DNA from: Eledone cirrhosa
Lineage: Eukaryota
DNA: 64,000 bases
NCBI GenBank assembly: GCA_964016885.1
Contig: OZ024741.1
Span: 83,080,001 to 83,144,000 of the forward strand
Reading direction: 5' to 3'
Below are positions 42,182 through 58,174 of this stretch, in pieces (position 1 is the first letter of the stretch; each line of letters opens with the position of its first letter). Made by a program: the position numbers and the translations under genes. Below the pieces are notes generated by a model. It saw only the letters and a list, made by a program, of their open reading frames with translations, was not told where the DNA came from and made no database searches.

Positions 42182-42681
42182 AGTTGAGTTCGAAATGTAT
42201 CGACGATTGTCCCCCCTTACTTCTGCCGGAGACCGCTGCGTGGCGTTAGCTGCCGATGTTTTTCATAGCTATGGCTTTCTAAATGTTTATTTAAAAACAT
42301 ATCGTATTTCTTTAGGAATACGAAACACAAATAGATATGTGTATACAGCTATGTTTGAATTTGAAGCTAAATTCGAATTCTATTCTATTATAAGTTGAGC
42401 CAACTTACACCGCTTCATATGCAAATGAAATTAATCACCTCATTTACACAGACGAAATACCTATATATTTTCGCCTCTTTTCAAAGTCCACAAGTTGCAA
42501 GCGCCGGAGTGATCATCCTGAAGAGCACCAGTTGAGTTCAAAATGCATCAATGATTGTCTCCCTTGCTTCTGCCGGACACCGCTGGGTGGCGTTCGCTGC
42601 CACTGTGTTTCTGCTTTCTAAATGTTTATTTATAAATATACCGTATTTTACGGTATAAAAATTCTTTAGAAATACGAAATT

Positions 42682-42685
<4 letters not shown>
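42182..42685 (+). repeat. Partial tandem duplication of a pLTR-like unit carrying a hammerhead (42512-42555)
   Basis: AGTTGAGTTCRAAATG..CTTCTGCCGGA..GGCGTT repeated at ~42182 and ~42530. Combining the two copies gives ATCATC-CTGAAGA-GCAC..GTTC-GAAA-TGCA-TC-GATGAT. Confidence 0.75.
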
Positions 42686-42723
<38 letters not shown>

Positions 42724-42750
42724 TACACATGCATGCACGCACACACGCAC

Positions 42751-42798
<48 letters not shown>

Positions 42799-42822
42799 AC
42801 ACACACACACACACATGTGTGT

Positions 42823-42855
<33 letters not shown>

Positions 42856-43853
42856 CATATATATATATATGCATGTGTGTGTAGGGTGTGGAGTATTATT
42901 TAGCCTCTTTGTACCTACATATGTATATATGGACAGATAAGTGAATATATAGAGAGAGGAGAGTGTTTACTTCTGAATACATTTACTATTTTAATTCATG
43001 TTTTCCTGATTAGCTGATGAAGACAGCATGAATTTTTTGACACACGTTGACTTATGGTAAGTACTTACACCATTTACAAGGACAACATATATGTGTAATG
43101 ATGACTGAATATTATCAGTATTATTATCATCAATATTATTAAGCTAACGGTAATGTTGATGCTGATGATGATTGCGGTGGTAATAAAGATGGCAGCAATG
43201 ATTATGATGATGATAATGAATTTGCTTCTGCTAGTGATGTTCATGATGGTGGTGATGGAGATGTTGATAGTGATGGCGATACTACATAAGGAATATATAA
43301 CTTAAATCAATATTGCTTTCATTCCAATTTCATTTGATGACAGCATTGATAATAAATCTAGGTAGGAATGACATGAAAAAAAGTAAACAACATCAATATC
43401 ATCAACCTTATACACAAAAAGAATATCAATAGAAACAACAAAAACTTTAATAACCACCACTTCAACGACAGCTACATCAACGACAGCTAAGACAATAACA
43501 GCATCAACAACAGGAATCCCAATAACAAGAACATCAGTATCACCATCATCAACATCGACAACAACATTAATAATCTTAGCAACAACATCAACGACAAAAC
43601 ATTAAATTGAAATCGCTATAGACATCAAGGTAACGTGATAGAAATGGTAAAAACAATTTAAATGATATAGGATAATTATAAATTGGTAATAGATCATAGA
43701 AATACAATAACTATAAAAACATGATCCCAAACAAATATGAAATAGAATATAATGACAAAACTTTTTCATAATGAAATAGAGTAATTCTTGTATTTTATTG
43801 ATATTGGTTAAATTATAAGTTTACGATATATGTATCAAAGTAGATATAATAAT

Positions 43854-44040
43854 TGTTTTTACATTTGACACAAGGCCAGCAATTACTGAGTGCATTACTG
43901 GTATTTTATTTTATCGACTCCGAAAGGATGAAAGGCAAAGTTAACCTCGGCGGGATTTGAACTCAGAATTGCAAGGGCCGTAACTCTATGTGTCAAAGCA
44001 TGGCGTCCGACCCTCTAACAATACTGCAAATCCACCCCCT
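43854..44040 (-). mobile_element. tRNA-derived SINE with 16 bp TSD
   Basis: Same family. TSD AAGTAGATATAATAAT at 43838-43853 and 44041-44056. Confidence 0.92.
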
Positions 44041-44493
44041 AAGTAGATATAATAATGTTGTTGATGTTTTTGATTCCTGTTAACCCTCCGTAAATCCTAA
44101 TCAAGCATTTATCTTCTGATGAACTACTGTAGTCTTACACGGCTTGTCTTTAGCATTTTAATCATAGTCGCGTACATCTCCCTCCCGATCAGATCACAGC
44201 TGATGAGTGAGAATGAAATAATAAAAGAACATGTGTTGGATGTTTATACATGGCCACAGGCTTATCCCAATGATTGCATAACTACCCCTACGATAGTGTA
44301 AGCACCTGATGAAGTCAGATGAATAACCATATAACAGGAATATATATACAGCCTTAAACAGTTATGGTAAATTAATCCCGTCTTAACTAATATTATTTGA
44401 TAAAAAGATTATGAGTGACTCATAATCAACTACATGGGATAAACTACTGACCTGGTTATCCTCAAGAAGTTACAACATACAACAGACTATAAC

Positions 44494-44533
<40 letters not shown>

Positions 44534-44568
44534 GTTATACGAAGAGGGTGTTTAACTCCAACACGCTC

Positions 44569-44671
<103 letters not shown>

Positions 44672-44903
44672 GTGATCAAGTAAGAAAATTGTAGACATTT
44701 TGAGAAACAAAAGAGATTTCTACAAATTTAATACTTGATGATCGAATATATATATATATATATATATTTGTTAGTTGGGTGTGTATCGACAGTTACAAAC
44801 GACGCACGCACTGTTGGTAGTAATCAAAGTTGTTACGAGGTCCATCTCGTGTAGGTTGTATTCCAAATTTACGCTGGCTGTAGTTTGTAGATAAATAAAA
44901 TCC

Positions 44904-45150
44904 AAGTGAGTGTTGCAGCGTACGTATAAATTTTGTTGCCATATTACAATTGTTTCAATATGGATCAGCTCAGGTTACAATCAGGATGACGAGGCCCGAC
45001 TTCTTTTCGATATGCGAGTATTTATGAGCAAAGACACGTTTAATCTGTTGGAAGACATGTCGACATTGTACACTGACCTGATCGTTATCGAAACAATTGT
45101 AATATGCCAAAACAATTTGTACATACGCTGCAACACTGACTTCGATACTT
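44904..45150. repeat. Diverged inverted repeat (~75-85 bp arms, ~85 bp spacer)
   Basis: AGTGTTGCAGCGTA..TTACAATTGTTTC pairs with GAAACAATTGTAA..TACGCTGCAACACT. Contains the hammerhead-like 3' half GAAAC-AATT-GTA. Confidence 0.75.
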
Positions 45151-45220
45151 CTTAATCTCTATCCCTCTTTCTATCTCTCTCTATATATATACATATGTGT
45201 ATACACACACACGCATTTAA

Positions 45221-45257
<37 letters not shown>

Positions 45258-45258
45258 C

Positions 45259-45416
<158 letters not shown>

Positions 45417-45450
45417 GTAGACGCGTTCTTGAGACTAGTAAAATGAGGTA

Positions 45451-45540
45451 TCCTCTTGATAAGTCGGCAGACCTCGCAAGGACTCTATATCTTTATGATG
45501 TATTGTTTTTGTTTATGCCACGAAACTACGTAGTCGAGGA
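45451..45540 (+). ncRNA. Degenerate hammerhead (core reads TTGATAA) with long stem II
   Basis: TCCTC-TTGATAA-GTCGGCA..TGCCAC-GAAA-CTACGTAG-TC-GAGGA: stems I and III and the GUC site are intact. Confidence 0.6.
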
Positions 45541-45779
45541 ATCTAGGAGCAGTTTAGGTATGATACATTTTATTACTAATTATATCTAAATGTTTATTCT
45601 CTCTTCATAATGTATTTTTAACTCTGATACTGGTTCACTCTATTTCAACCGGATTGGTCTGTCCCAGTCATTCATTGAGCAACATCGGTGAAGTTGGCAC
45701 CCTTAACTCACGGTTGGGTGCGGATGCATTCATGTATATGTGTGTCCCCGCATGTATCTGTGTGTTTCTAAATATATTG

Positions 45780-45829
<50 letters not shown>

Positions 45830-45830
<1 letters not shown>

Positions 45831-45913
45831 TTCAAGACTCCGGCGGCAGACCTCGAGCTGTTTCGACGCTATTTCTGTCGAAACAGCTCGAGCTCTGCTG
45901 TCGGGGTCTTGAA
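45830..45913. repeat. Short hairpin element related to 4590-4797
   Basis: TTCAAGACTCCGGCGGCAGACCTCGAGCTGTTTCGAC pairs with GTCGAAACAGCTCGAGCTCTGCTGTCGGGGTCTTGAA, between microsatellites. Confidence 0.85.
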
Positions 45914-45915
45914 AA

Positions 45916-46022
<107 letters not shown>

Positions 46023-46100
46023 TATTAATAATGAGTTCAAATCACAGGTAGTCCTTTACCATGAAATACCTCAAACAAACAGTATTTCTGAGCCGCGTAA

Positions 46101-46563
46101 TACAAGTTAATATAAATTAATATATTTGATAAACACAAATACCAACATATCTATGTTTGTATTGTAAATGACTAAGTTAGCTAGATTGAAAAATACTAAT
46201 TATAATAATACAGGTTGCCTGTCTCGATTTAAAATAATAAATCAATAAAAACAAAGTATATTGGCAAATGGCCGTGGTGCTTGGACAAATTTGAATTTCA
46301 AAATCAAACTTGTTCCGTAGACTGCTTTAAACCTTAAAATCCAAAGTCTACGGAACAGGTTTGATTTTGTAATTCAAATTTGTCCAAGCACCACGGCCAT
46401 TTTCCAATATACTTTGTTTTTATTAATTTATTATTTTAAACCGAGACAGGCAAACTGTATTATTATAATTAGTATTTTTCAATCTAGCTAACTTAGTCAT
46501 TTACAATACAAACATAGATATGTTGGTATTTGTGTTTATCAAATATATTAATTTATATTAACT

Positions 46564-46567
<4 letters not shown>
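46101..46567. mobile_element. Fold-back element, ~220 bp arms with tail on the left (46022-46100)
   Basis: TACAAGTTAATAT..CCGTAGACT pairs with AGTCTACGG..ATATTAACTTGTA, with several mismatches. (TA)n flanks; no hammerhead seen. Confidence 0.88.
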
Positions 46568-46640
<73 letters not shown>

Positions 46641-46840
46641 CGAAGGGATTGTGGTAAGGAACCAGATGGACCATAACGCACAGAGTGTACTCAATACTTA
46701 GGGTAGTACAGTGGGTAATAGGAGTCCAGAAATAGCCGTCTAAACGGCTTGAGCTCTGCCGTCGGTGTCATACCTTTTACTATATATATATATCAGCTTT
46801 TCAGTTCCAGGCCAGGAATACCCTCCCTATATATGAATAT

Positions 46841-46929
<89 letters not shown>

Positions 46930-47191
46930 TACATATATATATTTATATATATATCCACACACATTTCCAACGATTTATGTTTAATAACTAACTTCACTAG
47001 CAGAACTAAGAGATCTATGTCTAGCTGTGCATCACTCACACTAAATTAGATGTGCACTAACTTCCTTACGGCTTTATAGAATGTCGCGTACAATATACAA
47101 TTATTGAGCTGACCATTTTATTAGTAACTTAGAACAAAATGTAATAACACTATTTAAATGTAATATATGTGGTCATTATATATATGTATGA

Positions 47192-47225
<34 letters not shown>

Positions 47226-47659
47226 GAAAATAGAGAAAGTACTGTGAGCAAGAAGCCAACAGTAATTCACACATATAAGTGATTACTACGTCAAGATGGA
47301 AAATATTTAACGTAAGATATGGGAAAATAATTCAAACTCAATTAAAAAAATAGTCAAGACATAAATTTTATCCAAAGATTTTATGTAATCCAGGGAAAAA
47401 AACCAATCGAGTCTTAACTCAGAATAAAATTAAAGGTAAATACTTATCCTTCAATTAGGAACAATCTACAAATGCTCTATATAGTCTTAAAAAGACTATT
47501 TCACGAAACTTTTCAGTGGGGTTAGTTACGGTTGGAGTCTTTCATCAGTAGAGCTCAACACAATAACTAAGAACCACAGCTAAAATATGCCAAAAGGGAA
47601 TTTTAAAGCAGTCTAGTTACACCTCGTGTGGAATTAAGATAATAAAAACACATGGAGAA

Positions 47660-47778
<119 letters not shown>

Positions 47779-49711
47779 CATATTTTTTCTACGAAATGTT
47801 TTTGTGTGTTTTTGGTGCTGGCTGTTAATATTAATTGGTATTTTGTTATCATGTGAGAAGTTTTATTTGCATATAGATACAAACGAATGATATAATCTGA
47901 AGGCAACAGTGTCACACACATACACACACAAACACGGATATAATCACAAATGCATTCATATATATATGTATATATATATATACATGTATATATATATATG
48001 TACACATATATAAATTAAATTTGTCAATCGACTTTCCTCAAATCGGACCGAGGAGACAATGTTTCCTTTGGCCTTTCCAATTGCTAAAACTATCTATCGG
48101 TCGCAACTCCAGGTAGAAGGAGCAAAATGAAATAAAATGTCTTGCATATATGTTTCAACACACGATGAACTGAAGAAAATGATTGCACATGCGGTAGGGG
48201 CCAGCATAAAACTAACCCTTAAGGAACATATGTTCAAATTTAATGGAAAAACATATGCCCAAGAGGAAGGAGCAGCCATTGGTGTTAGCATTGCAGGCGA
48301 CATAGCTAACTTATTCATGGTATGGTGGGACAGTAGACTTAAACTTAAACTTAAAGAACAATTAGAAGACAGCTTAACCCTGATAATGTACTCCCGCTAC
48401 GTTGATGATATAAACATCGTAGTGAAGACACCCCACTAGAGAACAGTCAGGAACTAGAGAAAAACACAATGGAAAGCATCCAGCAATTAGCTAACTCCAT
48501 CCACCAGAGTATTAGAGTTACTATAGACTACCCAAGTGAACACCCCAACCATCGATTACCTGTACTAGACACAGAGCTCTGGTTAGATACCATTAAAAAA
48601 AAACACATCCTCCATTCCCATTATGCCAAACCCATGACTTCCAAACATCTGATCCGTTTCGGACCATACCAAAATCAACATACTGATTGCGGATTTGGTA
48701 CGGGTGATGAGAAACGTGTCCCGCATGTGCAACCCCGAAGAAGTAGAGAGACACATACAACACTTCATCCACCGTATGCAGTTCTTTGGCTACAATCAGA
48801 GAGATAAAATCAGAGTGTATAGAGGAGCCAGAACCAAATGGGAAAAAATGGTAAATAATGACATAAATGGGACCTGCCCCTTGTACATGAGCAAATTTTG
48901 GAATAGAATAGAAAGAACTAGGAACTAGGCTAATAGAATAAACTAATGGTATGATAGCAATAAATACCAAGTGTAATGTTCATCGATACAACCCCTAGAG
49001 GTGAATTAGCTAACAAATTTAGAAGGGCCCTAGATAAACATAAACTCAATATTAAGATAGTAGAAAGACCAGGTACCTCCGTAAAAACACTTATTAGCAA
49101 GACATACCCTTTTCAAAGACCTCCATGTATAGATAAGAAATGTATAACCTGTAAAATAAGCCCCCATATTAACTGTAAAACTAGAAATGTAGTGTATAGC
49201 ATAATATGTACTGAAGGACACTGTAGAGACAAAAATATAGTGTACATATGAGAGACAGCTCGTAGTGTAGGGGAACGGATAAATGAACACTGGCGAGACC
49301 TTCAAGATAGTAAAGAATGTTCTGTACTCTACCAACATGCTAAAATAGAACACAAGGGTAAATTAGAGAACAAAGAAATAAAAATAGAATCTACACACAG
49401 AAAAGACGCAATGTTTAGACAAATCACAGAGGCAATAAACATAAAAGAATTACAACCAAAATTAAATAGAAAATATGAGTGGAACAGCAACATCACAACT
49501 TACAATTAAGGACAAAATGAAAACACACACACACATAGAACAAACAACCAACCAGTAACATGTAAATAAACAAATAAATAAAGGAACATAAACACATACA
49601 GACACCCGGATGTGGCGCATGCGCAGACTGAGCACACAACACACACACAGAAACAAAATGGCGTAGGACAGAACAAAGGAGAGGCACAAAAAACAAAGAA
49701 AAGTATTCCCA

Positions 49712-49754
49712 GTCACTGAAGAGGTCACATAGTGTGCAAGGAAAGAACTATGAC
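49712..49754 (+). ncRNA. pLTR hammerhead ribozyme (stem II damaged)
   Basis: GTCA-CTGAAGA-GGTCACATAGTGTGCAAG-GAAA-GAAC-TA-TGAC. Confidence 0.7.
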
Positions 49755-52575
49755 AATATATAAACAACTATCTGGTTGTGGAACCAACCAACCAACCAGA
49801 AATTTATAAATTTATAAATTTATAAATTTATGATAATAAATTGAAGTGAAAGCAACTGGTGCGTGTGTTTCTTATTGGCAACATCACCCTCCCAAAGTAT
49901 AACAATATCGGTTTCAACACACGATTTCAGATTAAGAATCTTGCTAAACAAATTCAGAAACGAAATATCGTAAGCCTTAGCCAGGCTAACAAGATACTGA
50001 AAACCACCATGTTCTGTTGTCTACGAAAAACAATAACATCTCGACAACTACACTTCATAAAGGAACGTGCCACGTCCCGAGTTTACACCAACACCCTCAA
50101 CACCGACGTAAGAAGATTACAACTCACCAAAAAACAAGCAGATAGGCTAAAACGAACACTAATTCTAAACATAAAAAAAAGATCTATAGAGAATTAAGCC
50201 ATCAAGAAAAACATAAGCGTAACCTAATACAAGAAATAGCTAGGATCACCACACCAAGAGAGAAACTAATATGTATAAGCCTTATACGTCCTGAAGAACA
50301 GTACATTACTCAAGAGTGTGATAAGCACTTTAACAAGAAACTAAAGTGGCTTAAGCAGATAAAGTTAAATCAGGATACTGTAGAGAATACCAATAGATAT
50401 CCCGACAAAATCGACGGTATAAATATGGCCGACACCTCATTAACAGATGAGTTCAACAACAACAACAACACAAATATATACGGCAATACGGTAATAGATG
50501 ACGATGAGTTATCTGTATTACTTCTACCACCGAAATTTGCGACATTCAAGAAGGTAAATATAATTAGTTGTCTGGCAGAAATAGAAAAATCATTTACAAA
50601 ACTACATTGGAGCCTCAAAAACAAAAACAAAAACAAAAGTAACAATATACGCACACACATATACAACACACATACCAACAACAACAGACACACAGACACA
50701 AACAACAATAACAACAACACACACACCACCAACAACAACAACAATAATAGCATACCCAGAAACAACAACAACAGACACGCAGACACAAACAACAATAACA
50801 ACACACACAACAATAATAACACACACGGAGACAACAACAACACACATCAACAACAACACACATCAACAACAACAACACACACACATTCAATGCCTCTCAC
50901 CACCACCACAATCTTAACAAACACACAGACACAGAAAACAAGTAATGACAGTAGCACAGAAATCACAGAAATAAGGGAAAGTAATAGGATTAAAAGGAGA
51001 AGGGAGACTAAGGACAAAGAAAATAACCAAGACGAACACACAGACACACAAAATAGGGTAGATAACAACAATGAGCCAGTGGAAACAGACAGGAGTAATT
51101 ATGAGAGACATAGAAACAACCATGAGGCTGTTGGTGGAAATAGAAATAGAAACAACACAACTAACAATAACAATAGCACTAGTACACATAAAGCAGCAGC
51201 CTGGAAGTCTCCGTTTTATAATCCCTCCGATAAATCATTCGGCCTGCGACGAGTACACGCCACGACTTTACCATTTAACAAACGCATGCAATTGCCGTCG
51301 CAGGTCGATGAACAAACAGAAGCACAATTTAGTATAGCTAGATCCGAACTTAGAAATATTATAGAACAGTATAGCAAGAAGCATAATAGAATGGAGGCCC
51401 AGCAACTGGGAGAAAAATCTGCAAATGGCTTGCGTAAGCTCATGCAGCGCTCGCGTAATTGAGAGATAGCATGCTTTCCGACAGACAAGTCTGGCAGAAT
51501 GTCGGTTGAAAGCCTGCCAAACTACATCCAGGCAATGCAACCCCACATCACTAACACAAGAGAGGTAACACCACAGGAGCATGAGGATAGAGAAAAAGCC
51601 CTCAATGCCCATATGGTGATGTGGACGAATATAATGCAGCCCAACAAAAGGATTGCCAACAACTTCCAAGCCTGGAACAATGAGGTGCCGTCGTTGTATG
51701 GGCTTCGAAAAGACCATAAAACGGGCAGTGACCCTGCCACGGGACCACCAACACGGCCAGTCTGTGGAGCTAACATTGCTAGTAACTACAGACTGTCCTA
51801 CTTCCTCTCCCTGATCATTGAAATGTCCCCAGATATATGTGACAGCACGGAGGACCTCCTCAGCAGAATCGGCGGGGGTAACCGATCTAGGGACCTAACA
51901 AACTGCATAATAGGTATTATGGATGTTGTGTCCCTGTATCCATCTATTGACGTGGATTTTGCTGTGGAGAAATGCGTAGAAATGATCAGTGAGGGCAATG
52001 TTGAGTTCTGTGGGATTGATACCAGTGAGCTGGGACTCCTACTTGAACTTACCTATAGTAATAATTACCTAGACACATATGACCTTAGCAAACTGTGCCC
52101 TACAAGACCAGCAAGAGGCAGACCACCTACCATACCTCAATGGCCAAGAAAACCCACACAGATAGATGGAACGGGTGGACCAGAGCCATACGGACACCCG
52201 AAAACCAGTATGAACTGAAGAAAATGATTGCACATGCGGTAGGGGCCAGCATAAAACTAAGCCTTAAGGAACATATGTTCAAATTTAATGGAAAAACATA
52301 TGCCCAAGAGGAAATTACAACCAAAATTAAATAGAAAATATGAGTGGAGCAGCAACACCACAACTTACAATTAAGGACAAAATGAAAACACACACACACA
52401 TAGAACAAACAACCAACCAGTAACATAAAAATAAACTAATAAATAAATGAACATAAACACACACAGACACCCGGACGTGGCGCATGCGCAGACTGAGCAC
52501 GCAACACACACACAAAAACAAAATGGCGTAGGACAGAACAAAGGAGAGGCACAAACAACAAAGAAAAGAATCCCA

Positions 52576-52618
52576 GTCACTGAAGAGGTCACAGAGTGTG
52601 TGACGAAAGAACTATGAC
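52576..52618 (+). ncRNA. pLTR hammerhead ribozyme, intact
   Basis: GTCA-CTGAAGA-G-GTCACA GAGTG TGTGAC-GAAA-GAAC-TA-TGAC, CUA site. Confidence 0.85.
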
Positions 52619-52830
52619 AATATATAAACAACTATCTGGTTGTGGAACCAACCAACCAACCAACCAGAAATTTATAAATTTATAAATTTATAAATTTATG
52701 ATAATAAATTGAAGTGAAAGCAACTGGTGCGTGTGTTTCTTATTGGCAACATCACCCTCCCAAAGTATAACAATATCGGTTTCAACACACAATTTCAGAT
52801 AAAGAATCTTGCTAAACAGATTCAGAAACG

Positions 52831-53398
<568 letters not shown>

Positions 53399-53434
53399 AT
53401 AATAACTTGTGTGTTACACCTCTATTCTTTTAAC

Positions 53435-53570
<136 letters not shown>

Positions 53571-53769
53571 AGAAAAACCACAGACCCTCCATCTCAACTC
53601 TACTTTTGAAAAGCAGAAGAACTGCGAAACAGGTAAAGGAACCAAATAAATATATATATTTAAAAAAAAATAAGACTTCAGTTGCATTTTCGATTTCATC
53701 TTTTTTTCTTTATACTTTCACTCGTGGAGGACTCCTCGGTTATTTTTCATTTTGTAAAATAAACCTCAC

Positions 53770-53834
<65 letters not shown>

Positions 53835-54654
53835 TATATAAAGAAAATATACTGCTGTTACAATTTCTTACGTTACGCATACTCACAGGCATACATACTA
53901 TTGACTTACTCTTCAACATTCAGTATGTAGATCGTTTGCAGCCCACCTCTCACCTGGTTGGAACACAATTCATTTCCTCCGGGGAAGAAATGTGAAAGCT
54001 GAAATGAGAAATATATATACACCAAGAATGCTTCATAGTTCTGCAGTAGCACTTTAGTTACATATCTTGAAACGGTAAAAAGAATAATGCTGAGTCCATG
54101 AAGAGATGAGTTTTGAGCATCGTAGCTCGACAGTATAAGGCAAAAGGTCCTATCCCACGTTTTAATTGATCTACTATGTAATCGCATTTTCTAATTAAAA
54201 TCAGATTTATTAATTTAAGTACAATCAGGTTCTTCCTAATCTGTGGCGTACAGTGCTGCAATATATTGCAACTAAATTATATCTTATGTGAATTTTAAAT
54301 TCACATCGACCAATCAAGAAGAGGATTTGGGCGAATAACACCACGCTGACATTTCTGGTAAGCGCATTGTAAATAAAGTATAATATATTGTTGAACATCA
54401 ATTAAAGTAAGCAATATCATTTTTCATTTAAAGGATATCAAAAGCCTTTGTTGCATGAAATAGTAATTTTCAGCATTATATTATGTAATATTTTACAGCT
54501 GAAATAATGTTATAATACAGAACGCATAATAATCTGAGTTATTATTTTCTTTCTTTGTATGCAGAATACTTTTAATATTTCCCCAAAATATTTATTTCAG
54601 TAAAAGAAATCATGTCTACAGTTAAGAAGCATTAGAAAAAGGAAAGTGGAAGAG

Positions 54655-54783
54655 AAGAAGAAGAAGAAGAAGAAGAAGAAGAAGAAGAAGAAGAAGAAGA
54701 AGAAGAAGAAGAAGAAGAAGAAGAAGAGAAGAAGAAGAAGAAGAAGAAGAAGAAGAAGAAGAAGAAGAAGAAGAAGAAGAAGA
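54655..54783. repeat. (GAA)n microsatellite
   Basis: About 40 GAA units. Confidence 0.95.
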
Positions 54784-55647
54784 TCATAACAATAGATGAC
54801 GATGTATATAATTATATATACATATTATCAATATACAATATAAAATAATATTAAATGCAAACAGATAGATAACTAAATAAATACAGCAAAGCCTTAAAAA
54901 TCAAGATTATTTGATATCATCGGAAACAATAAACGAATTTCTTAAAAACCGAAAGATGATTAATAGTTTCATCAATCTCACCGAATAGTTTGAATACAAA
55001 TTTTTAAAAGAGGGATAAACATTACAAACTAACACATAAATAATTCAAATAGAATATAAATAATTCAACTAAAATATTGTATAATTAAAAATGCCTGTTA
55101 GCCAACAAATATCCAGATGGCACAAACATAATATATAACAAAAACAAAATGTATACTAGACATAATAACGGAAAAGAATACAAAAATCAGTAAATATTGA
55201 TGATTACCGAAACAAAATACAAATAATACACATATATACATAATTATAAAAGAGAAAATAAAAGAAACAAGGAATTGACAAAATATAATACAACGAAATC
55301 ACTAAGACAACAATATTACTAAACCGACTACCGTCGGTTTAGGATAGACATCAGAAACAACAAAAACACATTACAAGACATGTGAAAAACAAAACAAAAC
55401 ACAAAATAATAGAAAGTGGAAGATTATGGTAAATAAAATAAAATAGAATAAAGAGAGAGGATTATATTTCATCCAAATTGCAGCATGTGGAAAATAAACG
55501 TTTAGATGTAATGGTATATTCTTTAAAATAATCATATATTTCGTAAACATTCATAGCTATTAATTTATTAATTTTCCGTATGAAAGGATAGAGAGATTTT
55601 ATGGCAGCAAATCTACTTATTTCGTATACATGTTATGCATATGCATG

Positions 55648-55828
<181 letters not shown>

Positions 55829-56300
55829 ACACACACACACACATATACACAGAGACAGACAGAAATATATACATATGTATATGTGTATATAAATGAGTAC
55901 TTATTCAGATGTAATTAGTACTATCAATGCCTTTGGAAAACTTGGTATCAACTATTTTGTCCGTTTCAACTGAAAAGTATTTAACAATATTTATGACGTT
56001 TTCTCCACTCCTCAAAAATTCCTCAAAGAGAATATTACTCTGAACGTTCTCTTCATAGATACATTTATATATTGCTTTCTTTTCTATTTGTTGGTATTAC
56101 ACTCTCAATATAATTACCTTTTAATATATGGCTATCTATCTCTTTACCCATATGTCTATCTGTCTGTCTAGCTATATACAACGAAGAATGCGTCAAATCA
56201 TAACTCTATTCTTTGTCTGACTGTCTCTCATTCTGTATATAATTATAATTATATATGCATACACTCTCACACACATATACATAAATATATATATATATAT

Positions 56301-56353
<53 letters not shown>

Positions 56354-56370
56354 GCGAGAGAGAGACACAG

Positions 56371-56404
<34 letters not shown>

Positions 56405-56405
56405 C

Positions 56406-56517
<112 letters not shown>

Positions 56518-57605
56518 CGAAATATATATAGTCAAGCATATTGGAATACGAAAACTGAAACGTTCATTTTGGCAACAGTGTAATGACACACAATACGTCT
56601 CTATGAGTTACAAGAATCATATTTAAAAATAACAACACCAATGCCGCCGTTCGTCTTCTCCACTTACGATTTCATAACATAATAGACACATTTGAAATAT
56701 TGCTTACTCTACTCAAATATGTTAAACAGAAAATAAATTGAACATAGTGAAAAGCCACTCTAAGAGGTATTTAAAATTCCATTTTAAATATACTGAATAA
56801 TTGCATTGGATTGCACTGCCTTATGTATATAGTTTTATAATTTAAATTTTTCTCTCTTAAATCTGTTTACAATCCGCCATATTCATAGCTATATTCACTT
56901 CTGATATACGACTTACATTTATTTTCATTTCATTCATAGACATGCTGGCACAATAGATATAATTTACAAAGCTTCTCATTTGTTCTCCTGTCATTTTAAA
57001 TTTGGCTATGTTTATATTACATTGTATATGTCATACGTACACACACGCATATATACATAAATATACACATACACAAACCCACAAATAAACAAAGGTACAC
57101 ATATACATACACACTTATACACTCATGCATAGATATATATATGTTTTAGAATGGAACTAAAATCTCATTCTTTTTCGATTCTTCTTTTATTTCATTCTTT
57201 TAATATTTTACTGTATTATATTGAGGCTATCCTCTCAATACCTTCCAGGAAGGTAATCCATACTTCAGTCGACTACTCTGATTATTGATCTAATATCTGG
57301 TACTCATTGTATTGATCCCTATTTTTTGAAAGGTTAACTAACACTTAAATAACAAACCGTAATGATAATGAATTCCATGTAATATGCATTGAATAGGCAT
57401 AGATTTACCTATGTCTTCGTTGGGCATCTCATTTAGCAACAAGAATATCCCTCTTTCATTTGCATTATCCCAAGTCATACAGTGATTTCTATATATTTCG
57501 AGCAATTCAATTGATAATTTTTTGTAGGGGAATTACCTCATTAAACATTGAATGCATATGAAGATATAACGCCCGGAGCTCAGCCGTCGGGGTCCTGACT
57601 CTTTT

Positions 57606-57649
<44 letters not shown>

Positions 57650-58174
57650 CCATGTATGTGTGTGCGTGAGTATGTGTGTGTATGTGTTTTATGGTGGAGG
57701 AGGGGAATTACATCATCAAACATTGTATGCATATGCACATATATATATATGTATGTATTTATGTGTGCGTGTGTATGTGTGTGTATGTGTATATGTGTGT
57801 CAGAGTGAGTGTGTGCGTTTATGATTTTGTGTATGTGTGTTTTAAAAAATATTACACTATGTTAATATGTATGGTTTACAGAGTATATCACGTTTAGATA
57901 CCTTTATCTTCATTTGGTATTATCCAGAGCCTTCAATATCTATAACATATGACATTAATTTATTAGTTAATATATCTAGTAACCTTATGTTAGACTGCTG
58001 TTTATATAACCGATTTCTTTTTTTTTAAATCAGTAATTTCATTTTTAAAACATCAATTTCTTCTCTTACGTCAGTCTTTAGTTTTCTCAATTATGTATAT
58101 ATTCATTCTATTTTTATGTATTTATTGTTTTGAATTTTCTCTTATTATTTACTATCATTATTTTTCCCTGGGTG

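Noticed and set aside
43130-43600. Asp-rich or Thr-rich coding segment
   Set aside because: Degenerate (GAT)n/(CAA)n low-complexity DNA with stops.
47500-47556. Minus-strand CTGATGA..GAAAAGTTTC as a hammerhead
   Set aside because: Stems I and II do not pair convincingly.
49249-49251. In-frame TGA in the Naiad GIY-YIG as possible selenocysteine (some Naiads encode selenoproteins)
   Set aside because: It replaces the Gly of YIGET, not a Cys. The sister copy at ~33253 has GGT and the conserved cysteines use ordinary codons.
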